A stretch of 64,000 nucleotides of DNA, taken from contig NC_058130.1 of assembly GCF_016433145.1 (NCBI RefSeq), positions 382,426,952 to 382,490,951 of the forward strand, given 5' to 3'. The stretch's first letter is position 1. Every line of letters starts with the position of its first letter. The notes under the pieces were generated by a model. That model made no database searches. It saw nothing but the letters and a program-made list of their open reading frames with translations, and had not been told where the DNA came from. The position numbers were made by a program, and so were the translations under genes. The stretch comes from Gracilinanus agilis (lineage: Eukaryota). Below, piece after piece: positions 1 to 13,619 of the stretch.

Positions 1-317
1 GCAGAGGTAGAACTTCAAGGACCAGTACAGATTAAAAACTACTCTATAAGCTATGGTCTTAGAGAGCTGCCTGGTGCTTTAAGGTTGAGTGTTTTGCCCA
101 TTTTCACACAGCCATGTGGTCAAAGGTGGGTCAATGCTGTTGTTTTCACATATGTGTATGTGGCATCAGGAGAATTAGAGAGGGAATAGAGAGAGGACCT
201 CTGGGCTCTCAGCCCTATAACCCTAAGCCAGATGGAGAAAGATGCAAGAGCATCAGGTTGAGTAACTGTTGGATGGACTGTGAAAGGGGTCATTTTATGA
301 TCAGGTTGTAACTATTA

Positions 318-410
318 ACTCTAGTCATGTAGCCTTGGGCAAATCAATTAACCTCAAGACCTCAATCCCCTGATCTGTAAAATAATAGGGATCTGACTAA
401 GAGGTCACTA
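318..410 (+). mobile_element. MIR fragment
   Basis: MIR core sequence ccttgggcaaatcaattaacctc...ctgatctgtaaaat. Confidence 0.6.
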
Positions 411-581
411 AAAAAATCAATTCCTTATTTGCCCAGCTAGAAAATTAAAGAATCTGATCTTCATTTCCAACAAGAAACATAAGGCATAAACAATACGAGA
501 AGAGGATGGCTGAGTGAATGTGACGGAGAAAGTCCAAATTAGAGCCCTGTGGCTCCAGGTATCTCATGATGAAAAAGGTGG

Positions 582-847
582 GGTCTTGCGTCATAATTGT
601 TAAGCATGCAGTGTGGTCCTGGTGTATTTCTGGGGGCAAAATTCTCCCAAATTTGGCTCTTATAGCAGCTTTCCTGAAGCCCTCTCTTTGAGGGCTCTTT
701 GTAGAATTTTACAAAGTATTTACAAAATATATATTATTACAAAATATGTATATATTATATATATTTACAAAATAAACTTTGCCAAAGTGTCAGGTATTTT
801 GATCTACAAATAAAAAGAGGGATCTTTGATCTTCTTGAGTCTGAAAC
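582..847 (+). repeat. Local direct duplication, copy 1 (copy 2 at 1362-1580)
   Basis: About 215 aligned nt at ~93% identity. Copy 1 has a ~50-nt AT-rich insertion at 721-771. Confidence 0.92.
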
Positions 848-1361
848 CACTTTCTTTACTATAGACACTTGGCCTCTTCCTTAGATATGTCACTTGGAAA
901 ATGATGCTAGGAAAGGAAATAAGATTCCAAAGAGTAACCACAGTGAATTGCGGATTGTGATCAAAGTAATCTTCCCCTTTTCTGCTTTCTTATAGCAAAT
1001 TATTGTCTGTTCAGTTAACTTGGAAATGATAGTATATTCCTCTTTGAGATGTCACTTCTATTATTTTGACTTTTTTTGTTATATAGCTTTTCCATTGCTC
1101 ATCTCTTCACCTCTACTAGATTGTAAATAGCTGGCGGTCAAGAGTTTTATCTTTCACTTCTTCAGATTCTACCAGTGTCTATCACTATATTCATAATAAA
1201 ATGCTCAAAAAGCATTATTTCAAAATTATTATTATTTATTTAAATATAAATTATAAACATGTTTATTGAAACTATTTAAAAATAAAAATAGGTTAATCGC
1301 TGACAGCCATATTTTACTTACTCTAAGTCAAGGTTTATAGTCACAATCCAATGAAAAGCAA

Positions 1362-1580
1362 GGTCTTGCCTCATAATTGTTAAGAATGAAGTGTGGTCTT
1401 GGTGCATTTCTGGGGGGCAAAACTCCCCCAAATTTGGCTCTTATATCAGCTTTCCTGAAGCCCCTCTCTTTGAGGACTCTCTGTAGAATTTTACAAAGTA
1501 TTGAATAAACTTTGCCAAAGTGTCAAGTATTTTGGTCTACAAATAAATAGAGGGATCTTTGATCTTCTTGAGTCTGGAAC
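1362..1580 (+). repeat. Local direct duplication, copy 2
   Basis: ggtcttgcctcataattgttaag...gatcttcttgagtctggaac matches 582-847. Confidence 0.92.
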
Positions 1581-2940
1581 ATTCAGATGAGACATTTCAG
1601 TTCTTCAGTATTCCAGAACCAAAGCAGGAGCAATTCTATGGTTTTCTTCTAAGTAAATGGGAATGGCCTTTTATTCTCAAGTCCCATCCATGTCCCAATT
1701 TTGAGATTTACCTGTAAGGAACAACAATTTTCTCTTTCAATTTAATCATCTGCCTATGAGCATAGACAAGAATTAATCAGTCCAGAAATATTTACTAAGT
1801 GCCAGGCAAGGGGAGGAAAGGAAAGATGACATTTTAAGAATCTGCCCTCTCCATCTGTGTTACCATTCCAAGCTACTCTGTGTCTTTTTTGGGGGGTTTC
1901 CAGCCAGACTTCTTGCCTTTAGTTTTTCCTTGGCTCTATGCCACCAAGAACCTGAGGGCACTCCAGTGTGGGTTGTTCACAGCACGTGGCTCTGGGAGGT
2001 TGTGTGGTCTCATAGGCAGCTCCTGGAATTCAGTTACTCACGTCCTGGCTTTGCCTTCTGAGCCCCTGAAGGCTTGGGAGTAGCTGAACTTCTTTCTTTG
2101 AGATCTGGTTAATACCCAATCTGACAACATTCCCTACCTGACTCTCAGCACAATTGTGACTCTAAATCCTCCTTGTATTTTTGGATGCTGGCAAACCTTC
2201 CGAAGCAAAGACAAGGGCATTATGGTTATGCCCCTCCTGGGGAAGACTAGGATGTCTGAGCCTGTGTTGTCAACTCGGGCCAAGTTGAGAAATGGGTCTC
2301 TGGGGGGGTTCAGATCTAATCCACAGGAATGTTGAACAATTCTTCCAGCATGAGAAATGGTATAAATCAAGGGAACACGAGACCTTCATGACATAAAGAA
2401 TAGAACTCACCATTACTGAATGGATTTGAAAGCACCAACATCCTTCATGCACTATCTGGGGAGCAGACTGCTGCCAGATGTTAGCTGGTTTGTTGGGTTA
2501 AATGTAAGGTCTCATACTCACTCAGCTCAAGTCTCTCACTTGTGAGGGGGAAGGAGTCTCCAGGATGGCTGAAACAAAGCCAGAATCAAGGGACTTACTC
2601 TAGGCATGGCATGTGTGGGTCACCCCCATCCCATCTGGCTTCAAAGACAGAGCCACTCGGTTACCCTGTTAAGTCCCCCCCAAAGCACTTCCATGAGGGC
2701 TTTGTCATTGGGCTGGGGACAGTGGCACCTGCTGGGGGGACCCTAGGACAGCTCTCTTGTCCTGCTTTAAGGGAAACTTGAAGCACAGCATGATTCTAAG
2801 GCAGCCTTTGTCTCCTCAAAGTTGACCAGGGAAGATGAAGCCTAAGGAAAGATGTGATGGAAGTTTATAAAGTATAAAGGATCATGCTTATTGCGTTCCA
2901 TCTTTACACTTGAATCCAACACTTTGGGAATCCATTTGGG

Positions 2941-3135
2941 GTTTTTTTTAGACATTTATTAATATTCGTTTTAAATCTGTTTACATACTTTATGCCCCTA
3001 CTTTCCCCTTCACCCCCCCCCCCCGCTCTCCCTCCACCCATGGCCAACGCACATTTCCACTGGTTATAACAAGTGTCCTTGTTCAGGGTCTATTTCCCAT
3101 TCGTGTCCGCCTCAGTCCATGCATTCAAGCAATGG
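2941..3135 (-). mobile_element. Short young L1 3' terminal fragment inserted into a MAR1 SINE
   Basis: A T-run is followed by the antisense L1 3' end (aatattaataaatg, G-rich tract). It aligns to 16800-17068 with an internal deletion of ~60 nt. Confidence 0.75.
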
Positions 3136-3300
3136 GGGTTTTCTTGGCAAAGATCTTGGAGTGGTTTGTCCTTTCCTTCTCCAGTTCATTTTACAGATGA
3201 GGAAACTGAGGCAAATAGGGTTAAATGACTTGTCCAGGATAATATAGATAGTAAGTGGATAGAGTTGGGATTTGAACCTGGGTCTCCTGACTCTGGGGAC
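3136..3300 (-). mobile_element. MAR1-like marsupial SINE
   Basis: ggggttttcttggcaaagat...cattttacagatgaggaaactgaggc...gacttgtccagg. Confidence 0.85.
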
Positions 3301-3369
3301 AACATTCTTTTCATTATATCACCATGTCTCAGAAAAAGAGTATAGTTAGGTAGGACAGAGAATAGACTC

Positions 3370-3595
3370 CTATACCTTGAGTCAAGAAGACCTGAATTCA
3401 AATACACCTCAGAGACTCACTAGCTGTGTGACCCTAGGCTTGCCACATAACCTCTGCCTCGGTTTCTTCAAATGTAAAATAGGGATAACAATAGAACCTA
3501 CCTCTTGTGGTTGCCAGGATCAAATGAGATGATATTTGCAAAGACCTTTGCAAACCTTAAAGTACCATAAATGTTTGCTATTAGCTATTAATGTT
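3370..3595 (+). mobile_element. MIR
   Basis: gagtcaagaagacctgaattcaaat...tagctgtgtgacc...tgtaaaataggg...ggatcaaatgagat. Confidence 0.8.
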
Positions 3596-3744
3596 ATAAT
3601 ATTAGAAATTCTTGACTAGTAGTCAGTTTAGTCTGAATCAAACAAAATATTACCTTTAATCAAGAGGAATTAAACATGTGACATTTATTATCACGTAAAA
3701 GACAGTACAGGCACTAATCAGATTCACACGAGGGTTAAACAGAG

Positions 3745-3930
3745 TTTTAGAATCACAAGATGTAGAACTAAAAGGGACCTTAAATATCCCAAAGGTCAGT
3801 CTCCTCATTTTACAAATGATAAAGCTGAAGTCCAGAAGATCAAAGTGGTCTGCTTAAGGTCACATAGCTTGTAAATAACAGAACTGAGACCTGAACTCAG
3901 GTCTTCTAGCTCCAAGTTTAATATTCTTTC
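3745..3930 (-). mobile_element. MIR
   Basis: ctcattttacaaatgat...aaggtcacatagct...gaactcaggtctt. Confidence 0.75.
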
Positions 3931-4193
3931 TACCACTCAAAATGAAAAACAATAGAGTAACAATTAAGGAAATTAAGGTGTTTAGGGATTATATCTCTTA
4001 ACTTATTGAAGCTGATATTGAGGAGAACAATCTTGTTCTCTTTAACATATCCCTGAGTGCTTCCAATAGAATGGATTTTTATGTAAGAAATGTTCCCCTC
4101 CTGTACTATTTCTTCCAATTCCTTCCTTTGTTCCTTCATTTCTTTGTTCCTTCCTTCCTGTTTATTTCTTAATGTTTTCTCCCTCTTTATCAT

Positions 4194-4209
4194 TGGATCT
4201 TATACTTTT
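4194..4209. repeat. Target-site duplication, left copy (right copy 8028-8043)
   Basis: TGGATCTTATACTTTT matches 16/16. It reads AAAAGTATAAGATCCA on the minus strand, consistent with L1 endonuclease cleavage. Confidence 0.9.
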
Positions 4210-4229
4210 TTTATTTTATAAAGTTTATT
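4206..4229 (-). terminator. Poly(A) signal and decayed poly(A) tail of the retrocopy
   Basis: The minus strand reads AATAAA-CTTTAT-AAAATAAAAAAA, which runs into the TSD. Confidence 0.8.
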
Positions 4230-4479
4230 AATAATCACTTTAAGTAGAAAAAAAATAAAAGAAATAGAAGTTCAAATATAATCATCTAACAAAAAGTAAA
4301 TCCATGTGTGTAGATTCTCCTGCCTGGCATAAAGCCCGCATCCACAGCTGTGATTACAGAGAGAAGAGCCAGAGGCAGGGGCACACACAAACTTTATCTC
4401 TAAAACGCAAGGATATAATGTGATAAGGAAAGTGCGAAGCTGGGATTTGGAGTCTTGTGGAGCAAATCCTAATTATACA

Positions 4480-5415
4480 GTACAAAATATCCCCAAATAA
4501 ATAATCAACATTTTTCTATATTTCCAACAAAAATCAGCAGCAAGTGTTAGAGAAACTCCATCTACAATCACTCTAGACCAGTAATGGGCAAACTGTGGTA
4601 CCCACACACATTATTCCTAATCTGATGATTAAAATGAATAAGATACAATACAATGAAACTTTGAAACAGTTGCCTTAAAAATAGACTGACAGATGAGCAT
4701 TTCCTTTCCTTTGGGCCCCTCTTTAAAAAGTCTGCCCATCACTGCTTTAGACAATATAAAATATTTGAGAATCTTTCTACCAAGACAAAATCAGGAATTA
4801 TATGACCACCAGAAAACACTTTTCACACACACACAAAATAGGTCTAAACAATTGGAAAAACATTAATTGTTCATGGGTAATAAAAATTAATTCGTTTATT
4901 TGGTACTATACCTATCAAACTACCAAAAACCTTTTTTAAAGAATTGGGAAAAATCAAAGTTCATCTGGAAGAAAAAAAGATCAAGAATATGAAGGGAACT
5001 AATAACAAAATGTGAAGGATGGGGGGCCCCAGCACTACCAGATCTTAAATTGAACTAAAAAACACTTATCATATGGTACTGGCTGAGACTAGAGGGTGGA
5101 TCAATGGAATAAACCAGGGATAAATGACATCAGCAAGATAGTGTTTGATCCCAGCTTTTCAGACAAGAACTCACTATTTGAAAAAAAAATGCTGGGATAA
5201 TTAGAAAACAGTATGAGAAAAATTAGGATTAGATTAATTTCTCACACCTTTCACCAAGACAAGTTCACAAAGGGTATATGATTTAAACATGAAGAGTGAT
5301 ATAAGTAAATTAGAGGAACGTGAAATAGCATACCTGTCAAATCTATGGGAAAGGAAGGAAATGTAAGACCAAATAAGAGACAGGGAACATTACAAAATGT
5401 AAAATGGATCATTTT
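4480..5415 (+). mobile_element. L1 ORF2 relic inside the retrocopy 3'UTR (antisense to the retrocopy)
   Basis: It is collinear with the better-preserved L1 ORF2 piece at 17085-17520 (aaacaattggaaaaacatt...catgggta; ctatcaaactaccaaaaa). It is interrupted by a MITE. Confidence 0.8.
4579..4744. mobile_element. hAT (Charlie-type) MITE, 166 bp
   Basis: TIRs are CAGTAATGGGCAAACT and AGTCTGCCCATCACTG. The 8-bp TSD is CTCTAGAC/CTTTAGAC. The empty-site equivalent ccctagacaatataa is visible in the L1 at ~17100. Confidence 0.9.
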
Positions 5416-5439
5416 GATGATATTGAATTTAGAAGTCTG

Positions 5440-5898
5440 CATCAGTTCTCAAATCTTTCCAGGTTTTCCTGAGCTCCCCCTTCTCCCCATTAATGATAAA
5501 ACAATAGGATTCCATTATAATCAGATGCCACCATTTCCCAAATGATGGATTTTCTCTTAATTTCCAATACTTTTGTCACCCCAAAAAGAGCACCTTTATT
5601 TTTGTTTTATTATATTATGTTTTTATTATATATATGCATATATATATTTCCTTTTTCTTTTATAATGCCTTTTGGACCTAGTTACAAATTGCCTTCTCCA
5701 GAATGGTTGAATTACTTCACAAAAAAAACCAAATTGTGAAATACTTCACAATGAACCCCCAAAGTTCATTCCTTTTTCAATCTTCTCACATGTCCTCCAA
5801 GTTTTGTCACTTTCCTTTTCTGTCATAATAACCAAGCTAATAGATGTGGACTGGTCCCTCAGACTTGTTATCATTTGCATTTCTCCAAATGAGAGTGA
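5440..5898 (-). mobile_element. L1 ORF2 C-terminal relic inside the retrocopy 3'UTR
   Basis: Motifs such as tcatttgcatttctccaaat and gattccattata...atttcccaaatgatgga resemble antisense L1 3' sequence. Confidence 0.65.
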
Positions 5899-6149
5899 TC
5901 CCTCTCCTCCTGAGAAAACACATAAACTTGAGCATATTCATTAGGTTTTGTTGCACTATGAATCATCTGATACGAAGTTAGAGGTGATTTCTGGCTGAAA
6001 GCCTTCCTACAGTGAATCCATCTGGAAATGATCTGTTCATTAAAATCAATATCTGTTCAGAAGACAAGCTCATCAATGTCTTTCTTTATTCATGAGAGGA
6101 ATACGATATCTATTCAAAAGGAATTCTGGCTTGGAAACCAGAGACAATT

Positions 6150-7034
<885 letters not shown>

Positions 7035-7357
7035 TTAACCAAACTCAGAATTCTCACTGAAAGGTCTCCCACCTTTATTACTCACAGAAAACATCTCTAC
7101 ATGTTTACTTATGGGATGAGACATAAACTCGAGCCATAGGTGACTCTCCCTATGTTATCCTGAAAAATGGGCATTTCAGGAGGGTTCTCATGAGACTGAT
7201 TAAATCCTACTTTTTCAAGAAAGCATTTGGTGTATTCACTATCCAGACAATAGCCATATTCTGAGGTCAATTTCGTATAAGGATTTAGGACTGAATGTTG
7301 GCTGCATTTCTCTGCAACTTCATCAAATTCACAGTCACTCTTTGGATTTTTATTTAC

Positions 7358-7815
<458 letters not shown>

Positions 7816-8109
7816 TTAGGCCAGACTTGGGTCCTTCATGGGATCGGAGCCCCAAGGTGGGGAGACTTCCTCTTTGTGTACCCCGACTCCCAGGCTCAGT
7901 TACTCGCAACTGGTCCACCCGGGTCTTCTCGCTGCCCAGGAGTTAGAGAGCAGAAACTCTCCACTGCAGAAGCCTCACTGACTCCCTCCCCTCCCCTCCA
8001 CATCTCAAGGAAGAAAATCCCCAAAACTGGATCTTATACTTTTAGTCATAACCTTGCAGCAGAATTTGCTGGATGGCATTTACTGAGTAGCCATTTTTTG
8101 AAACAGCTC

Positions 8110-8310
8110 ACAAACAGGTTCATAAAATACTTACCTTACAATAACCTTGACATGTAGGTAGGGGAAAGTACTACTATACCCATTTTACATAGGAGGAAAC
8201 TGAGATCTAGAGGGGTAAAATGACACCCATAGTGACAAAGTAAGTAAATGTGCAGGCAGGTTTTGAATACAAGACTCTTGACTCAAAGTTCACTGCTCTT
8301 TCCTGCTATA
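8110..8310 (-). mobile_element. MIR
   Basis: cccattttacataggaggaaactgag...tttgaatacaagactcttgactc. Confidence 0.75.
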
Positions 8311-8659
8311 TTATAGTGCTAGAAATGGTAGTTTTTACCAATATCTGATGAATGTCAAACATTTTCTTCTACAAATTGGGTACTTAGTAAACTTTGCTAA
8401 CACAATATTTTTGAGTATATAGCAACCCTGAACTGAACACCTTCTAGTTTTTTATATATACATATACATAGAGTTTATAGTTATATAGTTTTTATATATC
8501 CTACATATTTTATCTGCAGTTGTGATGCTAAGCATTATGTTTGAAAATAAAGGTAAACTGAAGCACAAAGTTCTGAGTGTATTCCATTTATTGGAATTTC
8601 TCAGGTCTTGATTTGATATTTCTATTCTGTGTCCTATACATATTTTTCCAGATTACTTG

Positions 8660-9425
8660 TGCTGTCATGTAATATGTATTTTCATCTTTGCCATGGAGTG
8701 AAAGAACAAAAAATATCACCTATACAAGAAAAAACTCAGGAAGGAAATACAATGAAGAATGACCTGCAGCAATCTGCATTCAGACTCTATCGGTTCCTTC
8801 TATGGTGGTGGATAGTTTTGTTTTGTTTTTTTCTTCATCATGAGTCCCTTGGAATTGTCCTGGATTCTTGCACTGCTGATGATAGTTGTTATTCCCAGCT
8901 GATCATTGCATACTATTGCTGTTTGTCCTATACACGTGCATCTGTGCCAATGTCAGTTGGCTTATGCTATCATCTATGAGGACTTGGTATCTCAAATCCA
9001 TCCTACTGCCCAATAATTATCTTTCAGTCTTTGTAAAACCCCAGCTACTGGCATAAAAAGTCATTATTTGATGAAAACTTCTGGGAAAATCAGATAGCAA
9101 TGTGGAAGAAATTAAATTTAGACCAACAACTCATACCTCATGCCAAGATAAACTCTAAATGGGTGCCCAAACTAGACATAAAAAGTCACATCATAAATTA
9201 GAGAAACATGGTGAAGCAGGGTGGGGAGTAGGGTGGGGAGAGAGGAACCCATCAGATTTATGGATAGGAGAAAAGTTTGCCACTAAGCAAGGAATAGAGA
9301 GGATCCCAGAAGATAATTTTTTATTATAACATATTTAAAAGTATTTTCCTCAAACAAATCCAATGTAGCCAAGATTATAAGATAATAAATTTGTAGGTGA
9401 GGAATCTTTATAGCAAGTTTTTCTG
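8660..9425. mobile_element. L1 fragments (antisense 3' end 8660-8990, sense ORF2 piece 9010-9425)
   Basis: Antisense gcattcagactctatc...gctgatcattgcatactattgctg, and sense ctgggaaaat...ctcatacctcatgccaagataaactctaaatggg. Confidence 0.65.
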
Positions 9426-9439
9426 TTAAAGCACAAACA

Positions 9440-9660
9440 AATTGAGCCAGTGTGATACAGGGATGGGAATCCTAGATTTGGAATCAGAACTGGATTCATG
9501 TCTAGTATTTATACGCTGCATGACTTTGGGCAAGTCATTTAGCTTTTCTAAACCTCAGTTCTTCATTTGAAAAATGAATATAATAATTGTTGTACTATTC
9601 ACCTGATAGGGCTTTTTGTGAACAAAGTGCTTTGTAAACTTTAAAGCACTTATGAATATG
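9440..9660 (+). mobile_element. MIR
   Basis: gactttgggcaagtcattt...cctcagttcttcatttgaaaaatg...aaagtgctttgtaaactttaaagcac. Confidence 0.8.
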
Positions 9661-9752
9661 CCTGTGTCTTTTTACTATAAGTGAGGCATGTGGGAGACAC
9701 AGAATAGAATAAAATAATGCTTACCATTAAGGAATTCCCTTTTTCCCCCCTC

Positions 9753-9940
9753 AAAACTTTACCTTCTATTTTAGAGTCAATACTAAAAATCTGTTTCAAG
9801 GCAGAAGAGTGGTAAGGTCTTGGCAACTGGAATAAAATGACTTGCCTGGGATCAAAAGTTGGGAAGTATCAGAGGCCAAATTTGAACCCAGCTCCTCCTT
9901 ATTTTAAGCTGACTCTCTATCCACTGAGCCACCTAGCTAC
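9753..9940 (-). mobile_element. SINE1_Mdo-like
   Basis: accttctattttagagtcaatact...ggcagaagagtggtaagg...ccactgagccacctagct. Confidence 0.85.
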
Positions 9941-10349
9941 TTATTGAAATCTATTTATCATACAGAATATATAAATACTGAACATATAAACTCTAGCTTC
10001 AAATGTAGGATTCCAGGAAGGGAAACATTAGTTTCTATCAGTGCCCAAATGAATGTTTGTGCTCTTTGGGGAGTCTATCTAGATGTCTGAAGGCCCCTAA
10101 AATTATGCCCATCGATACAATTCCATTTGATTCCTAATGGATCTAGTGAAATGACAGCAATGGCTTCATAGGGGGAAGGGATCCATATCTCAGGGGGATA
10201 AAAAGAATGTATTTTAGTTCTTTGAAATGTCATATCTGTTGGGACTGGAATGAAAATCTGATCACACCAAGAGTTTCCTAGAATTCAAGAACCAATATCT
10301 GCAAAGGGCACTCAGTTTCTAAAACAGAAATAAATATTGTTGAGTTCAA

Positions 10350-11390
10350 TTATTATGTCTATGCAAATGACTCTCAGATCTATTTGACCAGTCCTAACTT
10401 TTCCCCCAACTTCCAGTCTCTCCTCTCCAACTGCCTATTGGACATATATCAAAATGGATGTCCTGTGTAGATATCTTAAACTCAACCTGTACTAAATTGA
10501 ACTCATTATCATCCTTCTTTGTCCTTCTTCCTATCTTCCCTGTCATTGTACCAACCTCTCAAATTCACTTCCAGCCTCACAACTTTGGTTTCATCCTTTA
10601 TTCTTTATTCTCTCTCATCTCCTGTATTCATTCAGTGGTCAAATCCAATCTTTTCTATCTTCTTAACATCTCTTGATTATGCTCCTTCTCTCACTGCTCT
10701 TGTTCAGGCTCTTAACATCTCAGGAGTAGACCATGAAAATAGCTGGCTACTTGGTCTCCCTGACTTAAGTTTCTTCTCACTTCAGTCCATCTTCCATTTA
10801 GTTATATAGATATGATTATACTAAGTGAAGGTCTTACCACATCACCTCCTATTTAGTGAATTCCAGTGGATCCCTATTATCTCCAGAATCAAATATATAG
10901 TTTTCTGTTTGGCTTTCAAAGCTCTTCATAGCCTGTCCTTTTCTTACCTTTCCTGTCTCCTTCTTATACCTGACTCCCCTCCACATATTTTTCTGCCATC
11001 CAGCGACAATGGCTGCTTTGCTGTTCCCATACACAACACACAAACTCCTACTTCTGAGCTTGGCTAGCTGATCCCATGCCTGGAATAGTCTTCCTCTTCA
11101 TCTCCTCTTTCTGGTCTCCCTAGCTTATTTCAAGTCTCTTTTTGACAGGAGTCTTTCCTAACCTTTCTCAATATCAACGCCTTCCTTCTGAAACTATTTC
11201 CAATTTATCTTTCATACAGCTTTTTTGTTCATAGTTGTTTTCCTGTTTTCTCCCCCAACTCACTATGCTCTCCCTGAAGGTAGGGACTGTTTCCTTTTGG
11301 GTTTTGCCCTTCTTGGAATCCCCAGTGCTTATCACAGTGCCTGGCACATACTAGTCAGTGCCTGATTTCCTAAATGCTAACTTACCTAAT
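10350..11390 (+). mobile_element. L2 (LINE2) 3' portion
   Basis: An RT relic gtctatgcaaatgactctcagatcta (YADD-like) is followed by ctcaaactcaac...gaactcattatc, and the element ends in cctggcacata. Confidence 0.85.
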
Positions 11391-12059
11391 GCTAAAATAA
11401 ATTAATGTTAATTGGCCTGTCTACTTGAGGGAAGGCTGTGACTTGGGTGGGGAGGAGGGACTTGTTGAACTTTGGAAAAAAACATTAATTTCCTGTGGAA
11501 TATTGCACTTGGGAGTGGGGAGGCAGGTATACTGCCATCTCAATCATAAAAGACCTAGGCATCTCAGTTGAATCAATCAAAAGTAAATGAGGCTTTAATC
11601 GATTTTAAAGCAGATGATGCCACACACAAAATAGTTTGTGATTGGTTAAAGAGAATCACTTTTAAAAATTAAAGAAAGAATTGGAAAATATTCCTTTTCC
11701 TTCTTACCACCAGCTCTCCTCCCATAAAAATAACAACAAATAAGTGAATTGAGTCAATAAATAACTTGTTGATTACATTAACCCCTCTTAAAGTGGGGAA
11801 AGGGGAGGAGTAAAGGGCGCTGAACTAAATCCAACCTCATAAAAATAACAAAACCAAACCAGTTTCTAGGTTTCTGTATAGGTTTACAACCTACGTGATA
11901 AAGTGACAATTCATAAGAATAATTAAACTCTGCATAGTTGATTTAAGAAAAAATCTTTATAACTCCACAATTTAGCAAATTAGGTACTTATAAGTCATAA
12001 ATCATCTTATAAATAGCAATAGCTCTTTTTACATGCTTTTTGATGGATTGTAAAGAGCT

Positions 12060-12220
12060 TTTTTCTTAACAATAACCATGTAAGGTAGTGGTTAGAAGTA
12101 TTTGTTTCTCTATTTACAGATGAAGAACTTGAGGCCCAGGGAAATTAAGTAATTTGCCCACACTCACAAAGCTATGAAGTATCAGAAATAAGATGTCAGC
12201 CCAGGGCTTCTGTGCCTAAG
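12060..12220 (-). mobile_element. MIR
   Basis: tttacagatgaagaacttgaggcccagggaaattaagtaatttgccca. Confidence 0.7.
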
Positions 12221-12403
12221 CTGAAATAAATGGGAAAACACCCAGCCAAAAAAATGTGGCCCCCCAAATGCAATAAAGGGATTGAAGTTCAGATGAAAAA
12301 AAATGCCAACTCTAAATATTTATAATTACCTAAGAATTTGTCAGTCTATTTTGTTTCATCTTTCATTAAGAATCAATCAAACCTAAAAAGTATTTATGAA
12401 GGA

Positions 12404-12618
12404 GAGCAGCTAGATGACGCAATGAGTTAGGAAGCCCTGCGTTCAAATATGACATCAGATAATTATTGTCCATATGATCCTGGGCAAGTTACTTGACCCT
12501 GTTTGCCTCAGTTTCTTAATCTGGAAAATGAGCTGGAGAAGGAAGTGGCAAATATTCTAGCATCTTTGCCAAGAAATACCCAAGTGGGGTCACAAAGTGT
12601 TGGACATGACTGAAAAAC
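12404..12618 (+). mobile_element. MAR1-like SINE
   Basis: gcagctagatgacgca...gagctggagaaggaagtggcaaa...tctttgccaagaaa...ggggtcacaaag. Confidence 0.85.
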
Positions 12619-13619
12619 ACTTATTAAGGATCTACAATATTTTGTCTTGGTTTATTTGCACCAAACCTTTTTCCCTGGAATGTATTCCCTGACTTCTCTT
12701 CCACTAGAATTTTACCCATCCTTCAGTATCACTTTCCTCCATTAATTCTTCCAAGATCATTTCTTCTGGACTGGATAATGCAGCATTGTTTGTCGTTCCC
12801 ATCTGGCACTTATGAGCTACTACTTTGTGTTACTAAATCATCTCATGTTTATATATTGTTTGCTCAACCAGATCTGAAACTGCCTAAAGTCAAAGATTGT
12901 ACCTTTGGGTCCTTTTTAGGCCTTTCCTGCCACCTGACCCGAAGCCAGGAATGTTTGTACCTAGGTCAGGTACCATGAATTGCATCCAGGACATGTGGTC
13001 CAACATCACTCTCAGTTGAAGAGAATGAAACATAAAAGTAGGACACCAGCCCCATTGCTAGCAAGTGTTGCAGAATGGGAATGAAGGGAAAGGGATTCAC
13101 CAAAGCCCATTATCTGGTGGGGTTTAATTTTAGTTAATTATACCCATTAAGCTGTTGAAATGCCACAGCACCCTACAAATGTGGCATTCTCACATGCAAT
13201 TGTCCCAATATCCTGGGGACAAAATCCAAGTTAAGTAGCCTTCTACAGCTCTACCTAGCACAAGGTTTCCTCACACTGATGCTAAAGCAGAAAAAGGTAG
13301 ACCCAGAAAAAGTACCATTTACTGTGTTTTCAAAGAACCACAACGCTGCTTTCTAAAATGGAATGACTTTTGCTTATTAGATTCCCAGGTTCTTTTTTTA
13401 AAAAGTCCAAATTAACCTCCCTGCATCTCAGTTTTCTCATTTGCAAGATGAGGGGTTCAAACTAAGTGACCTATAAAATCTCTTTCAACACTAAATCGAG
13501 CCACATTTTTAAGGCAAAGTATGCCTCAATGCCCCTTAATTTAATAACCTTTTACCACTCCAACCTCAAATTTGCACCTCTCATTTGTGTGTTATTTATT
13601 ACACATTCTAGTTCACAGT

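Noticed and set aside
2134-2460. Possible small minus-strand exons (GTGAGT donor near 2410, CAG|GTAGGG near 2138)
   Set aside because: The acceptors are weak, the frames give no recognisable protein, and no partner exons were found.
4480-5898. Opposed L1 pieces as a twin-priming 5' inversion
   Set aside because: The order (upstream part forward, downstream part reversed, no poly(A) at the proper end) does not match twin-priming geometry. Both pieces lie within the retrocopy TSDs.
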